In this document: piece after piece, positions 42,554 through 56,749 of the stretch
Layout of the letters: each line of letters opens with the position of its first letter
Position numbering within the stretch: the first letter of the stretch is position 1
Source of the DNA: Octopus vulgaris
Lineage: Eukaryota
Assembly: GCA_951406725.2 (NCBI GenBank)
Contig: OX597821.1
Location: forward strand, 50,344,001 to 50,408,000
Direction of reading: 5' to 3'
Length of the DNA: 64,000 nt
Notes under the pieces: model-generated
What the model saw: the letters and a program-made list of their open reading frames with translations, nothing else
The model's database searches: none
What the model was told of the DNA's origin: nothing
Translations under genes and position numbers: made by a program

Positions 42554-42587
<34 letters not shown>

Positions 42588-43188
42588 TGCTTGCTTTTAT
42601 GTGTATTTTTAATTTAATACTTTTTTACCCTAACATTTAAATACATCAACACAGCAGGGATCTAATATTAATAGACTTATACTATAAACATATGTTTCAT
42701 ATATACTTTGAGATAATTTATAAATACATAGCAAATGACATCTCCACATGTTCAAAACCTGCTTCTGAGAGAAAAAAAATTTAAATCATTAACTATTTAT
42801 GAAAGTGAAAAAAAATAATTATGATAATTTATAGGTTCAGATGGCTGTGTGGTAAGAAGTTTGCTTCCCAACCATATGGTTCTGGGTTCAGTCCTATTGC
42901 ATGATACCAAGCTACTACAGCCTCAGGTTGATCAATGCTTTGTGGGTGAAATTTGGTAGACAAAAACCGGAAGAAGCTCATTGTTTGTGTGTGTGCATGT
43001 GTGCGTGTGTGTGTGTGTGTACATAGTTTACATGAAGCATTGTTTGATATATAAATTGAAAGTCACTTGACCCTGTTATCTCCCCTACTGTCCCTCTCGC
43101 GTCTGACCACTGTCCGAAGTCAGGACGCCATGATAGATCGTTAGCTCCTACACGCATTTTTTTTCTCTCCTTGTCTTTTTCTGTGTAT

Positions 43189-43224
43189 CTTTCTGTCGAA
43201 GAGCGTAGGCTTGAAACGTAAAAG
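43189..43224 (+). ncRNA. Variant minimal hammerhead-like motif
   Basis: cttt CTGTCGA a gagc-gtag-gctt GAAA cg TA aaag; stem I cttt/aaag, ACGT palindrome, non-canonical core. Confidence 0.5.
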
Positions 43225-43716
43225 TTTTTTTCTGTTCCTGAGCGCTAAACTAATACATTTGTTTGTTTGTACTCCACCTGCCTTCGTCTTTTGTTTATTT
43301 TCGTAAACTTTCCCGTGATGTATAAATATATGTATGTATGTCCATTTTCAGTTTTATTTCAAGATTTCTTGCCAATAGAGAAAGAACTGGTTTCTAACCT
43401 AGATCCAAGGTTCCTTCATTGGAATTCCAAAAACACTAACAGGGTATTTTTGTATGTATGCATGTATACATGCAGATTTGTATGTTTTGTTTTATGTGTG
43501 TATTTTCATGTATACAGTTGCATATCTAGACATGCTCATATATATTTAAAATGTATGTATGTATGTATGTATTTATGTATTTTTGGATCTTCTATATATA
43601 TATGAAGAATTTTCCTCCATCTGGCTGTTTTTCTCTCTACAAAACGAAAAGTTGCATTATGGAACTGTCATTTTAACAAGATTTTTTTATTTATTTATCA
43701 CCCAATGAGATACATC

Positions 43717-43798
43717 CACACTGCCGGAAGCTCCTGTATCAGATTTTGTGTGTCCCACAAGAGGAGTCGATGCAGGATGTGTCGAAACAATTGTTGTG
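43717..43798 (+). ncRNA. Degenerate hammerhead-like motif
   Basis: caca CTGCCGG..tcctgtatc...gatgcagga..GAAA caattg T tgtg. Confidence 0.4.
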
Positions 43799-45301
43799 AT
43801 TAATAATATATTCTCGTATATTCCATCTTCTGTCTTTAATTATGTATGTATGTATGTATGTATGTATGTATGTATGTATGTATGTATGTATGTGTGTATG
43901 TATGTGTGTATGTAGGTGAATGTGCGAATGTTTTTGTCTTCTTGTCTTAACATCACGTGGTAGTTGTAAAATAGTTGTTACTATCATACAAACGGTGTCA
44001 TTCAATTCCAATGAAAAAATACAACAGCAAAAAAAAATACTGATTTTACTTTAATTTCTATAAACCCAAGAATCATCAGTCTCCATCAAGGATCTTCCAT
44101 AAGAAAATCAAGATGGGCTCAATATAAAGCAGTGTTGGGAAGTTGAAGTATGATATGTTATCTAATTGCTGCCATATTTCATAACTACTACTTTATTCAT
44201 CATTTTCTGACGAATGAATGAAAGCCGTTGTTAATCTTTGAATATTTTCAGATCAGAAGAATGAAGCTGTAACAGTTTGATTCTCCATAGACTTCAACAT
44301 AATCAGCACAAAATTAATGGCAAGAATTTCTGACATAAACATGAAATTAAAGATTTATTTTTTATAGAAAGAGAAAAAACTTAACTTAACCCCTTAGCAT
44401 TCAGATCCCTCTGTCAAATCTGATGCTTATTTATTCACTTTGTATAGAATAAATCATGCGTTATCTTATAGCTTCAAGATTTCAATGGTGTGATTGTTTA
44501 TTTTTTGAATGACATTATAGGATAGGTATAAGAGGCCAGATCTGGTCAGTTTGAACATAAAACAGGTAAAATATTTTGGCCGGATACAGCCAGCTTAACT
44601 CTTTCATTACCGAATTTATTTTGAGATGCTCTGTGTTTCTTTCAATTAATTTTAAATATAACAAAGAATTTAGTAAAATAACTTAGTTATCAGTAAGCTA
44701 GTGTTAAGAACATAAACTGTGAGTATTAATTCTATACACACACTCACATACATGCACTCACACAAACACATGCACACACTCACACACACACACACACACA
44801 CACATACACACACACATACACAACTCAAGAACAAGGTGGTGAGGGTATTAAATCAGACAACAGATAAAATCTACTATCCAAATAATTCCATAATCCACTG
44901 TCTTGGGTTGGTACTTATTTTATTGATCTTCAAAAGATAAACAGCATAGTCAATCTTGGTAAAATTTGAACCCAGAGCACAGAAAACTAAAACAAGTATT
45001 ACAAGGCATTTTGCCCTATGTTATAACAACCTTGCCAACTCACCACCTTGGTCTTCAACTAAGTATCCTTCTGGGATTCAGAACTAGGTTACAGATTTGT
45101 TTTACTGAGAATTCATTTCTGCAACTATGCTACCTGTCATAAAAAATAGTGATAATGAAAGTTGGTACAGCATGTTGAACTACTTAACTGTGAATAAGCA
45201 TTATAAAAAAAAAAATTGCAGTGTGTCTCCCTTGAGAGTTAAATGTAGCAGATAAGCACTAATAATCAAGTGTTTGGGCTTTTCTGGGCTTTTTTTGTTT
45301 C

Positions 45302-45355
<54 letters not shown>

Positions 45356-45439
45356 CTTCTGATTTATCTACGTTTATATCATGTCTCAGCTCCATCCTAC
45401 AGTTTAGAGATGCAAGACTTACCTCAACACATGAACTAT

Positions 45440-46015
45440 TCCAAGAATTGCTCCAACTGAATACTTTCTCAGAAGTTTTGCATTTGCAGTTTTGATGCCA
45501 GAATCTTGTTCTTTTTCAGATGGCTCCCACTGTACCAATCATAATTAGTACCACACTCACTTTTGAGGCTCTATGGGATTTTTTTCACTTCCAATTCTAA
45601 GTCTTGGTACTTTCCGACTTTCTCATCCTCTGTCTTAACAATATATTTGTCTGCAAGTATAGCATGTTGATGCAGATCCATTCTTTGGACCCCTACATTA
45701 AGAGAGTGATATCTGGTTGGTGTTGCAGCTTTTTGTCTGTGTATATTGGCATTTCCCATGTGAGTTTCACCCGATCATTTTCTGCTGTTGGCAAAGGTTG
45801 GTACTCGTACTTGTTGACACATTTCTTCTTGCACAACTCCCAATGTATTCACACTGCTACTTTGTACTCCTTTGGGGCAAGTTTTGAGCATCCACTAATT
45901 ATATGTCTGTCTCAGATGATTTTCCACATAGTCTACACAAAGGAGATGCTGCTGTCTTATCAATGCTACACTTGACTGCGTTAGTGCATAAAGCATGTTC
46001 ACTTTTCTTATCTGC
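45440..46015 (-). mobile_element. R4/Dong-like non-LTR remnant
   Basis: CRLCGKSSET..HIISGCSKLAPKEYK zinc knuckle; EDEKVGKYQDLELEVKKI; ATT repeats nearby on both sides. Confidence 0.75.
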
Positions 46016-46685
46016 TCATCATCATTATTTTATAATATTATTATTGTTGTTGTTGTTGTTATTGTTATTATTTCTATAAAAAAAATAGGCAGGTCATTAG
46101 TAAGCTTTTATTAGAGTTAACTCTTTAGCATTCAAATTGGCCCAAATATCCAGCCCAAATATTCTACCTGGACAGATCTGGCCTCTCACATCCACCCAAC
46201 ATCTTATTCATAAATAAACGATAAAATCAATGAAATCTTAAAGTTACGAGATAATGCATGATTAATTCAAAACAATGTGAATAAATAAGCTTTATACTTA
46301 ACAGAATAATGAAACTGCTCAAAGGTTAAATAGCTAGTTTAAACTTAACTTATAATCATTGTTCAGTATATCTCTTAATTTGTTCAGCCAGCAGAAGAAC
46401 AATAACAAACCAGCAAGAGAACCTCTACATGATCTCTCAGCTTGCAAGAAATAGCAACCAAATCTTCCTCAAATAATACCCTACTACTTTAACCTTTGCA
46501 TGCCCTGTGTATCATATGTTACACAGGACATATTTCCCCAGCATCCATGCATCATATGTGATATCACATTCTCAATTTTTTCAATCACCGGAGTAACTTG
46601 GGAGTTACTAAAGGAAAGCTTTATATTACTCAAAATGTATAAAACAAGGGTTGACTAATGTAAAAGGCATCTATGTTGGTAACAC

Positions 46686-47121
46686 ATAATTTTCTTCAAA
46701 TCTTCAGACAATTCTTTTCCCTTTGGTGCCATTTTAATCACAATGGAGAATATTTTCACCAAGGTACACAAATCAGAATTCCTGCAGATGCAATAGCAAT
46801 CACCTATGCAAAAATACCAGGAGAAATAATTTATTAGAATTGAAATTATCAGCAATATCTGAATTTAATAAAAAAAGTGGATAAAATATTGAAAAAAGCA
46901 AAGCTCCTTTAGAGTGTACATATTTTTGTAACAGTGGAAAATTAATATTTCGTTCATATCTTTAAAAATGTTTATTGTTTTGGGTTCCAAATTCGTGTAA
47001 TATTTGCATGCGTAATATATTTTATTCAGTATAAATTTCATTTGATTTCTTTTGATATTATCAGAGTAATAGCAATTTTACTGAATTTTTTTAGGGGTGT
47101 ACATACTTCTGCGAGATACTG
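46686..47121 (-). mobile_element. Tc1 transposon left end with transposase start
   Basis: TA + cagtatctcgcagaagtatgtacacccct TIR, inner repeat of the TIR near 46911-46936, ATG at 46732 giving MAPKGKELSEDLKKI. Confidence 0.8.
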
Positions 47122-48310
47122 TATATTGTATATATATATAGATATATATGTATATATATTTACATAAATATATGATATAAATATGAATGTGTGTGTATTT
47201 GTGTGTGTGTGTGTGTGTGTGTTGGGGGACAAGCACAAACATAAAGACACACACACACACACAAACAAACACACATACATATTTATATGTATATATATGT
47301 ATGTATTTATCTGCTTGACAATTGGTGATGGTCTATTTATGTCCCTATAATTTTGCAGTTGGGCAAAGCATACCTATGGAATAAGCATCAGTCTTAAAAA
47401 AATTAGTAGTGCAGTTGATTTGTTCAACTTAACCCTTCAAAACAGTGCCCCAACATGGTCACAAGACAATAAATGAAATAAATATGAGGTGGAAGATAAA
47501 AGAAAAGCTATAACAAGAAAAGAACATTCTAGCAAGAACATACCATTTCAAACATAAAACAGATGGCAACGAAGTTCCAAAAACCTCAGGAGTAAAACTA
47601 CTTAAATAATAAACTACTAGGATATTTAGAGATCTAGGATTAATTCCTTCATAAGATCAATTTGGCTTTCAGTTTTCATCAAATAGAATAAGCTTAAAAC
47701 TCATCTAAATCTGGTGCAGTGAATTTGGAGCATAACTTTTCAACGCTTTTGTTAAAACAGATCTATACACAACAGGGAGTACTCTGATAATAGTAACATT
47801 CCTATTGTTCTATTAACTTTACTTAGAAGACACTATGGTATCATTTCTATGAATGTTTTCAGGTTGACTGAGAGGAAACGCATGATCAAGCTTATAATAT
47901 AAGAGTCATTGTAAGTATTTTGCCACCTTTGGTCTTTAAGCAAAAGTATTAATTCTATATGCTATTATCTAGAATCTTAAACTAACAAAGGGCAACTCTG
48001 CTCAAAACATTAGGTAATTCTACCCTTTGCAGAACACTAATTTTGTTGGAATCAGGCATAGCCATGTGGTTTAAGAATTTAATTTCAAAACATGTGATTT
48101 CAGATTTGATTCTTCTCTGTGACATCTTGGATTAGTGTCTTCTACCATGACTGCATGATAACTAATGCCTTGTAAATAAAACTTGGTAGATGGAAACTGC
48201 ACAGATGCATGCACATGTACACATACACACACATGCATGGATATGCACATACACTCATACACACACATTCATATACACACACTCATATACATGCACTCAC
48301 ACAAATACAT

Positions 48311-48350
<40 letters not shown>

Positions 48351-49438
48351 ATGCAAACACACATACAAAGAGAGGGATAGAGTGACAGAGAAAAACAGAG
48401 ACAAAGACAGACAGATAGACAGATAGATAGACAGACAGACAGTTAGGTAGATAGATGATAATTCACAGTTGTGTGTGTGTGTGTGCCTATGTATGTGCAT
48501 TTATGTGTATATCAGCAACATATGAGAGCATCAATGCATTAAATAAAAATATAGCCCTCTCTACAACCAAGTCGACTTTACTATTCCACTTTACGAGGTC
48601 ATTACAATAAATACAAGATGAAGGCTGGCACAATATATCAAAAATTCCAGAAGGCAATGGCTTGGCAAGGCTTAGATTTCTTAATAATAAAAGGATCTTC
48701 ATCATTCCACAGAAAATAAAAAAACACAAAAGTTTTCCGGCCCTTCCTGACTGATAAAGTGCAAATTACATTAAGTAACCAGATACCATTAAATACTATA
48801 ATTAATGCTATGTAGAATGTCAAATAACTATGGAGGAAATCAGTAATGAACAGTATCAAGTAATTAATGCAAGAAAGCAAATCCAATAATTAAGAGCATT
48901 AATTATTCAATTAATAATTTTATTAATTAATTCCAAGAATGTTATTTAGATGTGAAAACTTAATTTCACATTCCTGACAAATTTTAAAGTAAACAACTTA
49001 TGTGATTTTCATAGAAACCTTTGCATACTTTTACCAAAGTCAAAATTTGCTTCAAAATGACAAGGTTTTTTTGTTTTGATCTTAGAAATATTTCAATTTT
49101 AGCCCTTTAGCATCTTAACCAGCCATATTCAGTTTATGTTCAAACTGGCTAGGTATCACCTTTCATACCTACTCTACAATGTCATTCTTAAAATAAGCAA
49201 TCACATCATGGAAATCTCCAAGCTATGAGATAATGCTTGGTTAATTGAAAACAATGTGAACAAATAAGCATTACTTTTGAAAGAGTAATCTAAATACTAA
49301 AGGGTAAAGCTTCTGCTAGAATTTTACAACACACAGGTATACCTAAAAGAGAACACTTATACCACATCTCTTCTGTCAAGAACGGCAATCTTCTGGAAAT
49401 TTCTTCCAGCCTACGATTTTTTTGCACCACACACACAT

Positions 49439-49470
<32 letters not shown>

Positions 49471-49623
49471 CTTGCAGAAGTTCAAACTAAACATTCATGG
49501 CATTGGTCTTACTTGTCTGAAAGACTTGTGTATGTTAAAGGATTTAATCTTTTTATGGCAGAAATCAGATATATCTCCTCGTAATATCATTACCCTTAAC
49601 TGCAGAAAGCAGTTTAATATACC

Positions 49624-49855
49624 TATTTCTTTATTACCCACAAGGGGCTAAACACAGAGGGGACAAACAAGGACAGACATAGGTATTAAGTCGATTACAT
49701 CGACCCCAATGCGTAACTGGTACTTAATTTATCGACCCCGAAAGGATGAAAGGCAAAGTCGACCTCGGCGGAATTTGAACTCACAACGTAATGCAGACGA
49801 AATACCGCTAAGCATTTCGCCCGGCGTGCTAACGTTTCTGCCAGCTCGCCGCCTT
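49624..49855 (-). mobile_element. Young full-length family A SINE
   Basis: CpGs intact; perfect 17-bp TSD aagcagtttaatatacc at 49607-49623 and 49856-49872. Confidence 0.92.
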
Positions 49856-49919
49856 AAGCAGTTTAATATACCAATCAGTCTTTTCTTTAGGAATGTCACA
49901 TTTGAAACTATTTTTGTTG

Positions 49920-50590
49920 GTAGTGTGCTAAGAAGCTTGATTCCCAACCACATAGTTCCATGTTCAAGTCCCACTGCATAAAGCTGTGATCAAGTGTCTT
50001 CAATTATAGCCTTGGGCCAACCGAAGCCTTGTGAGTAGATTTGGTAGACAGAAGCTGAAAGAAACCTGTCTCATATAATCCCTTTGTCTGTCCGTAAGGC
50101 GGCGAGCTGACAGAAACGTTAGCATGTCAGGTGAAATGCTTAGCGGTATTTCGTCCGCTGTTATGTTCTGAGTTCAAATTCTGCCAAGGTTGACTTTGCT
50201 TTTCATCCTTTCGGGGTCGATAAATTAAGTACCAGTTCTTTACTGGGGTCGATCTAATTGACTTAATCCCTTTGTCTGACCTTGTTTGTCCCTTCTATAT
50301 TTAGCCCCCTGTGGGCAATAAAGAAATAAGAAACCTCTCATATGTGTGTATGTGTGTGTGTGTGTCTGTGCCTGTGTTTGTCCTATACCACCACTTGACA
50401 ACCAGTGCTAATGTCTCTACATCCCTGTAAATTAGCAGTTCAGCAAAAGAGACCAATAGAATAAGTACTAAGTTTACAAAAACAATAAGTCCTGGGGGTG
50501 ATTTTTCAGCTAAAACCTCTCGAGGTAGTGCCCCAGCATGGTCGTAGTCAAATGAAGCAAGTAAAAGATATACGATAAAAGATAAAAGAT
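49920..50590 (+). mobile_element. Family B SINE with a family A SINE nested at about 50097-50330
   Basis: B head 49920-50075, A copy, B tail resumes at about 50330. Confidence 0.8.
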
Positions 50591-51487
50591 TAAGTTTAGT
50601 AAGGCAATGTGACTTTCAGAAAATATCTATTTTATTTATTTATTTACTTTTTGTAGAAATTTTGCCATCATTAATGGTATTTAATTTTACTTAATGGTAT
50701 TTAATCATGATATTTAATTTTACAGTTAAAAGTTTAACATATAAACACAAGGACGCAATTTTGTAAAGAAAGAAGGATTATAATCAGGTTATTAAGTGAT
50801 GCAGATAATCTGTGTGGGTCACCAGTGGCCTATACCAAAGCCTTGTGTCTTACTGTATTGTTGCAAAATGCACTTAAAAGAAAATTCATATTTAGTGGTT
50901 CATGTGGGTTTTTTTTTGTCTCCATGTGTTGTAAGAGCTGAGTAAAACGATTGGCATTAGGAAGGACAGCCATCCATAAAATACTGAACCAAAAGACCCA
51001 TCTAATTTTCTAAATGACTTTTGACCATAATTACTGCCTTACTTACTACCAGCATGGAAAAGCAAATGTAAAACAAAGATTGTGGTAGTGGTGGTGGTGG
51101 TGGTGGTGGTGGTGGTGGTGTGATGGTGAACATGGTAGTGAGGAAGAGGAGGAAGTGACAACAATAACAGCAACAAAGGCAATAACAACAATACCACCAG
51201 TACCAACGCCAACACCACTGCTGCTACTGATGATAGCAATGATGTCAACAATAATGATGATGATGATGACAATGGTGTGATCCACATTAAAGTTTTGTGG
51301 ATCAACTTCAGTAAAAGGTTTTGCAATCATTGGATTAAATTGGACAAATACATCCATGACTGAGGTTTAGTTTACTATTTCTGGTGGCATTTGAAGTCAA
51401 ACTGCAGAGGAACAAAACTAAATATTATATGGCATTTATCTAGTGTTCTGCTGTTTCTGCCAGCTCACCAACTTCGTCAGATTAGAC

Positions 51488-51752
51488 TAATGGTTCTTGA
51501 CCATTTTATTACCTATGAGTGGTTCTCAACCATTTTACCTATGAACCCCTTTTACTCAGGTGAACCCCCCCATACCCATTTGATATTTAAAAAATCCTAT
51601 TGCGTTTTTATAATTAAATATTATAAGGAATTGTATTAAAAAATTGTTGAGATATTTCGTGTGTCATAAAAATATAACCATTTTAATGCAAATAAATTTT
51701 AACAAAATCTTACATGGATCCCCAAAAGTCATATGGACCCTGGCTGAGAATT
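51488..51752. mobile_element. Degenerate hAT (Charlie-like) MITE
   Basis: agtggttctcaacc / ggctgagaa ends; the left end is locally duplicated. Confidence 0.5.
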
Positions 51753-52527
51753 AGGCAATACTTTCTCATATAGCCACAATGTAACAGATTTTCAAGAGGT
51801 CTATACTGTCAATTGTATCTTTTCCGGAATATAACTGGTGGTTATCTTATTGACCCCTAAGTGATGTAAGATAACACAGATGCTTGCAGAATTTGAACAA
51901 AGAATGTGTAGGGGCAATCCTAAAATATGTTAGGCAACTAGTTTAGCACTCAACAAATTTCTGTTAACTCACAGCTCTTAATGGCAGGGAACAATTGATT
52001 ATATCAAACCCAATACTTAGCTATAACTTCATTTTACCAACCCTGGAGTTGCCTCAGCAGGATTCAAACTTAGAACATAAGGAATATAAGAAATTTAATT
52101 AGAAAGACTTTGGCAAACCTTACATTATGGTGAAGACACTTGCCCAAGGTGTAGCACAATGAGCTTGGATTTGAAACTACATAGTAGTCAGGTAAATTTC
52201 TTAACCACAAAGCAATGTGAATACCAGCTTCTTCTCCATATGCCATCCCTTCTTTATTGTATCCCCCAAACTCACACTAAATACTTTTTTCTATATCTTT
52301 CCTATCCAGAACCACAGCTTTTCTTGCAGATAATTGACAGAATCATGAGATAATTAAATCAAATGCCTTGTGAATATTAGTTCTAGGTCACTGTGCACTG
52401 AGTTCAAATACTGCTGAAGTCAACTTCACCATTCCTCCATTTGAGGTTAATAAAGTATCTGCCTGAAGAATGGATTAGCAGAATTGTTAGGGCAACAAAC
52501 AAGATATCTTGCAGTATTTATTCCCAA

Positions 52528-54300
52528 GGGAGAAGTAAGTGGGCCTCACAATTGGTTGGAGTTTGCAAGCCCAATAGCGACTTACATATATGTACTGATT
52601 ATAAAATAGGTGTGAAACCCAGTATTTGTTTTGATTTGTATTCTTCACCTAATGTTGAGACAGCATTACACAAGCTGATAGGCATTTAGTATGGACTAAA
52701 CATATTACATTGTTTGAAAGATTGAACAAAGATTTGAGTAAATGACCTGTTGTACAAATATCTGATACAACCAAGGCTGTAGTAGTTACCATAGACACAA
52801 GTCAAAATTCAATATCTGGTATACTTTCCCAAAATGCACATGCAGTTCTATACTTATGATGGTGTTTGACACAGGCCAAAAAGAATTATTCTAATATTGA
52901 GTGAAAAATTTTGGCAAGTGTTTGTCTTATTAGGTTGAAAATGTTTCTTAAAACTGGACCATGGACCGCTAGAATTTATATTTAATCCCAGGTAAGAGCT
53001 GCCAAAAGTTACATCAGCAAGAATATCAAGATGGATAATTCAATTTGCTACATATGATTGTTAAATATTGTGTGCTAAAGGCTATACAAATCTTCATGTA
53101 GTTGCTCTGGTTTAAAGAAATTATAAAAGATGAAAATAATGTTGCTTCTACATTCTTTGTCCATTGGGTAGAAACTGTCTTAGTAATGTTAGAAGAACTG
53201 CAAGAAGAAATGAAAAAATGATGTAATCCTTTATAAGATAGCAAATAGATTCAAATCAAATAGATAGAGCAATTGCTCTGTAAATGAAAGACTGTTCAAG
53301 GCCATTAGACTTTCTGTAGAGAATGAAATAATTTACAATAATGATGTTGTTGTACTTCCTACAGAATTGTAATAAAATTCTATTAAGATTGCACATGATG
53401 AGGTCCAATGTGGTGAAGCGACAATTTGAAATAAGTTGAGATTGGAAGCTTGGCAGCCTAGATATTGTCATGATTTTGGAAGATTATGTTAGAAATGTTT
53501 TTAAATGTTGTAAGATTAAACTTATACAGAAGATTACAGAGCATACTTGGCCAGTTAAAGAGAAGGCTTGGTCACATGTACATATTGGTCATGCTTACAT
53601 ACAAACTGTTGGTTTAGTGCCCATCTTGGTTGGCACCATTTTTGTGGGGTGACCAGAAGTAGTGAGATTCGGAGACAGATCTGCTAAAACTGTGATCAAT
53701 GTTTTAAGGAACATTTTTGCAAGAAACTGGGTTCCTCATGTATTGGTTTCTGACAATGCAGTTGAATTTTGTGATGAAAAATTGTTAGAAATATTGTCAT
53801 AAAAGTGGTTTGTAAACCCTTTAAAACATCACCATATCTTTTATCCCCTAATGGTCTTATTGAACAAATGGTAGAGGCAGTGAAAAATGAAAATGAGAAT
53901 TAAAGCCTTTTCTAAACAATTTGGATCCATTGATGCTTGTTTGTCAAAGTTTCTTCTTAAGTACAGCTCCTTTCTTTACATTCTATAAAAAAGAAAATCC
54001 TTCAGCATTGATGGGATATCAAATAAGGACATCACTGACAATATCATTTGCTGTTGACCTTCCATTATGGTACATGTCTAAATTAGGTGCTATTCCTGAA
54101 GGAGCTCGTTATTTAATGCAAAGTGACAGAAATACATCATTAGTTGTGAAGAATGATAGAACTGTTCTAGTGTACAATGACCCAATAAGAAAATGTGCTG
54201 AGGAAGATGCACAAAGTAGAGTACAAGAATCTACAAAGATGTTAGAAGTTGCTTTACTTGGCAATCAAAAGTTAAAGTCAGTGGCAAACCACAAAATGAT
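52528..54300 (+). mobile_element. Gypsy LTR-retrotransposon pol remnant (RT start, RNase H, integrase)
   Basis: SKWASQLVGVCKPNSDLHICTDYKIGV; HTWPVKEKAWSHVHI; VLRNIFARNWVPHVLVSDNAVEF; many stops. Confidence 0.85.
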
Positions 54301-54734
54301 CTGAGAAGAAGCCAAAGCGTGAACAATGATATGGGTAGATGAAGTATCACTGATAATTGAAAGAACAACTTTCATCACTGACAACTTTGACTAATAATAA
54401 TTTGTGAGGGTTGCTTAAGACAAGGAACAACAGATGGAGTGTGTTCAGCTTTAAAAAAAACACAACAGTGATGTCATGGTTATGCAAATTATGGTAACTT
54501 GGTATACAAGCTGATCAAAGATATTTAAGGATAGCAGTACAACTTTTTGATTAGTACTATATAAGACGACATGACTGCTAATGACTCTTCCAATTTGTTG
54601 CTTATCTAATTTCTTTTAGTAGTGTCACATTTAATATTTCAAATGATAAATTCATTAGTTTATTAATTAATGAAAAATCATGTTTTATATTCCTGCTTGC
54701 AAGAAGGAGAAAATAAAAGATGGAAGAGAAAATA

Positions 54735-55840
54735 TTGCTGTTTCAAAGTTTGATACAAGGCCAGCAATGTTTTAGAGGGAGGGTGTTAGTCAATTACATC
54801 AACCCATGTACTTGACCAGTACTTTATTTCATCAACCCCAGAGGCTTGAAATGTAAGGCTGACTCTGGTGAAATGTGAACTCATTGTTAAGCATTTTACT
54901 CAACACGCTAACAATTCTGCCAGTTCACTGCCTTAATAGCATATAATATTGATTTCAAATTTTGGCACAAGGCCAGCAACTTCAAGGGTAGGAATAATCA
55001 ATTACATTAACCCCGGTGTTTAATAGGTACTTATTTTATCAACACTGAAAGAATGAAAGGCAAAGTTAATCTCAGCAGAATTTGAACTCAGAACAAGAAG
55101 ACAGAAGAAAGGGCACCAAGTATTTTGCCTGGCATGCTAATGATTTTCCCAGCTCTCCACCTTCCAATGCCATTTAACATTCTTAATAATTTTAAGGCAG
55201 CAAGCTGGAAGAATCATTAACCCACCAAGCAAAATGCTTAGCAGTATTTCATCTGTATTTACATTCTGAATTCAAATTCTGCCAAGGTTGACATTGCCTT
55301 TCATCCTTTTCAGGGTTGATAAAACAAGTACCAGTTGAACACTGGGGTCAATTTAATCGACTTACCCCTCCACCAAAATTACGGCCTTGTGTCAAAATTT
55401 GAAGCCAATATTATTATTACTTTCAAGGTAGCAAGCTGGCAGAATCATTTGCACAGCAGCAGCGAGCTGGCAGAAACATTAGCATGCCGGGCGATATGCT
55501 TAGCAGTATTTCATCTGTCACTACATTCTGAGTTCAAATTCTGCCGAGGTCGACTTTGCCTTTCATTCTTTCGGGGTTGATAAATTAAGCACCAGTTACG
55601 CACTGGGGTCGATATAATCGACTTAATCCGCTTGTCTGTCCTTGTTTGTCCCCTCTGTGTTTAGCCCCTTGTGGGCAGTAAAAAAATAAAAATCATTTGC
55701 ACAGCAGACAAAATGCATAGCAGTATTTTATCAGCCTTTATGTTTTAAATTCAAATTCCACCAGGGTTGACTTTGTATTTCGTCCTTTTGGGGTGGATGA
55801 AATAAATACCAGATGAACACTGGGGTCAATGTAATCCATT
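54735..55840. mobile_element. Cluster of about five family A SINEs, two minus then plus and nested copies
   Basis: Repeated family A cores; near full-length copy at 55458-55690. Confidence 0.8.
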
Positions 55841-55845
55841 TCATA

Positions 55846-56083
55846 TCTGGTAAGTTCACTGTCATCAATTCAGGGAAAGTTCACCATACAGATTTTTTGA
55901 TATAATTTTTCAACTTCAATTTTTCTCAACTTTTTTTCAATAAAATTAGTTTTTAACTATTAATGGAGAGAAACAATGAATATATTTTCTAGGTAAACTT
56001 CCCTAAAAGTGAACTTTCTTCATGGTGAATATATGGTGTTGAACTCTCCAGCGATGAGCTGATGGTGGGGAACTTACCTGTAA
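55846..56083. mobile_element. MITE with short subterminal repeats inserted in a SINE
   Basis: ggtaagttcactgtcatcaattc / gagctgatggtggggaacttacc ends; repeated gtgaact motifs. Confidence 0.55.
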
Positions 56084-56118
56084 TCAATTAATTTACCCAC
56101 TTTCCTGAAATTATTGGC

Positions 56119-56284
56119 CAGGGCTGGCTCAATGTACTGGCAACTCGGGCAGTCGTCTGGGGTGCCATGTGCTAGGGGGCACCAAGGAGGGCATGACAAA
56201 GACAAAGAAATTTCCACAACTGTCAGCTTGTACATGCCAAAATTCAGCTTGCCTGGGGTGCCAGAAACTCTAGGGCTGGCCCTG
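56119..56284. mobile_element. hAT MITE
   Basis: TIRs cagggctggctc / gggctggccctg; perfect 8-bp TSD ttattggc. Confidence 0.9.
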
Positions 56285-56749
56285 TTATTGGCCTTGTGCT
56301 AAAATTTGTAGCCAATATTATAATTACTTTTATTGCAGGGAAAAATTCTCACCAAAAATTTGTTGCATTACCAATCTTTAACCATCACAGAAACAAATGT
56401 TCTTTTATGAGATGAGAATATTTTCAAAATTGATTATTTAATTGCTAGGACAGTGGATTGGCAGAATTGTTAGAGTATCAGACAAAATGCTTTGAGGTAA
56501 TTCTTCCAGTTCTCTATGTCTTGAATTCAAATTTCACTGAAATCAATTTTACTTTTATCCTTTCAGAATTGATAAAATAAAGTACCAGTTATATAATGGG
56601 CTTGATGGTATTAGCTATCCTCTTCTGCCCAAATTGCTGGCTTTGTGCCAAAAGTAAAGACAGTGATTAATGATATTTTATTTTGCTATTTTAGTTCTTT
56701 TAGTGGTTTCAGTAAATGAGTTGTGGCCATGCTGAAGCACTTCTTAATA

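Noticed and set aside
43380-43425. Minus-strand CCAATGA...GAAACCAG hammerhead-like string
   Set aside because: The core deviates and no stem I is evident
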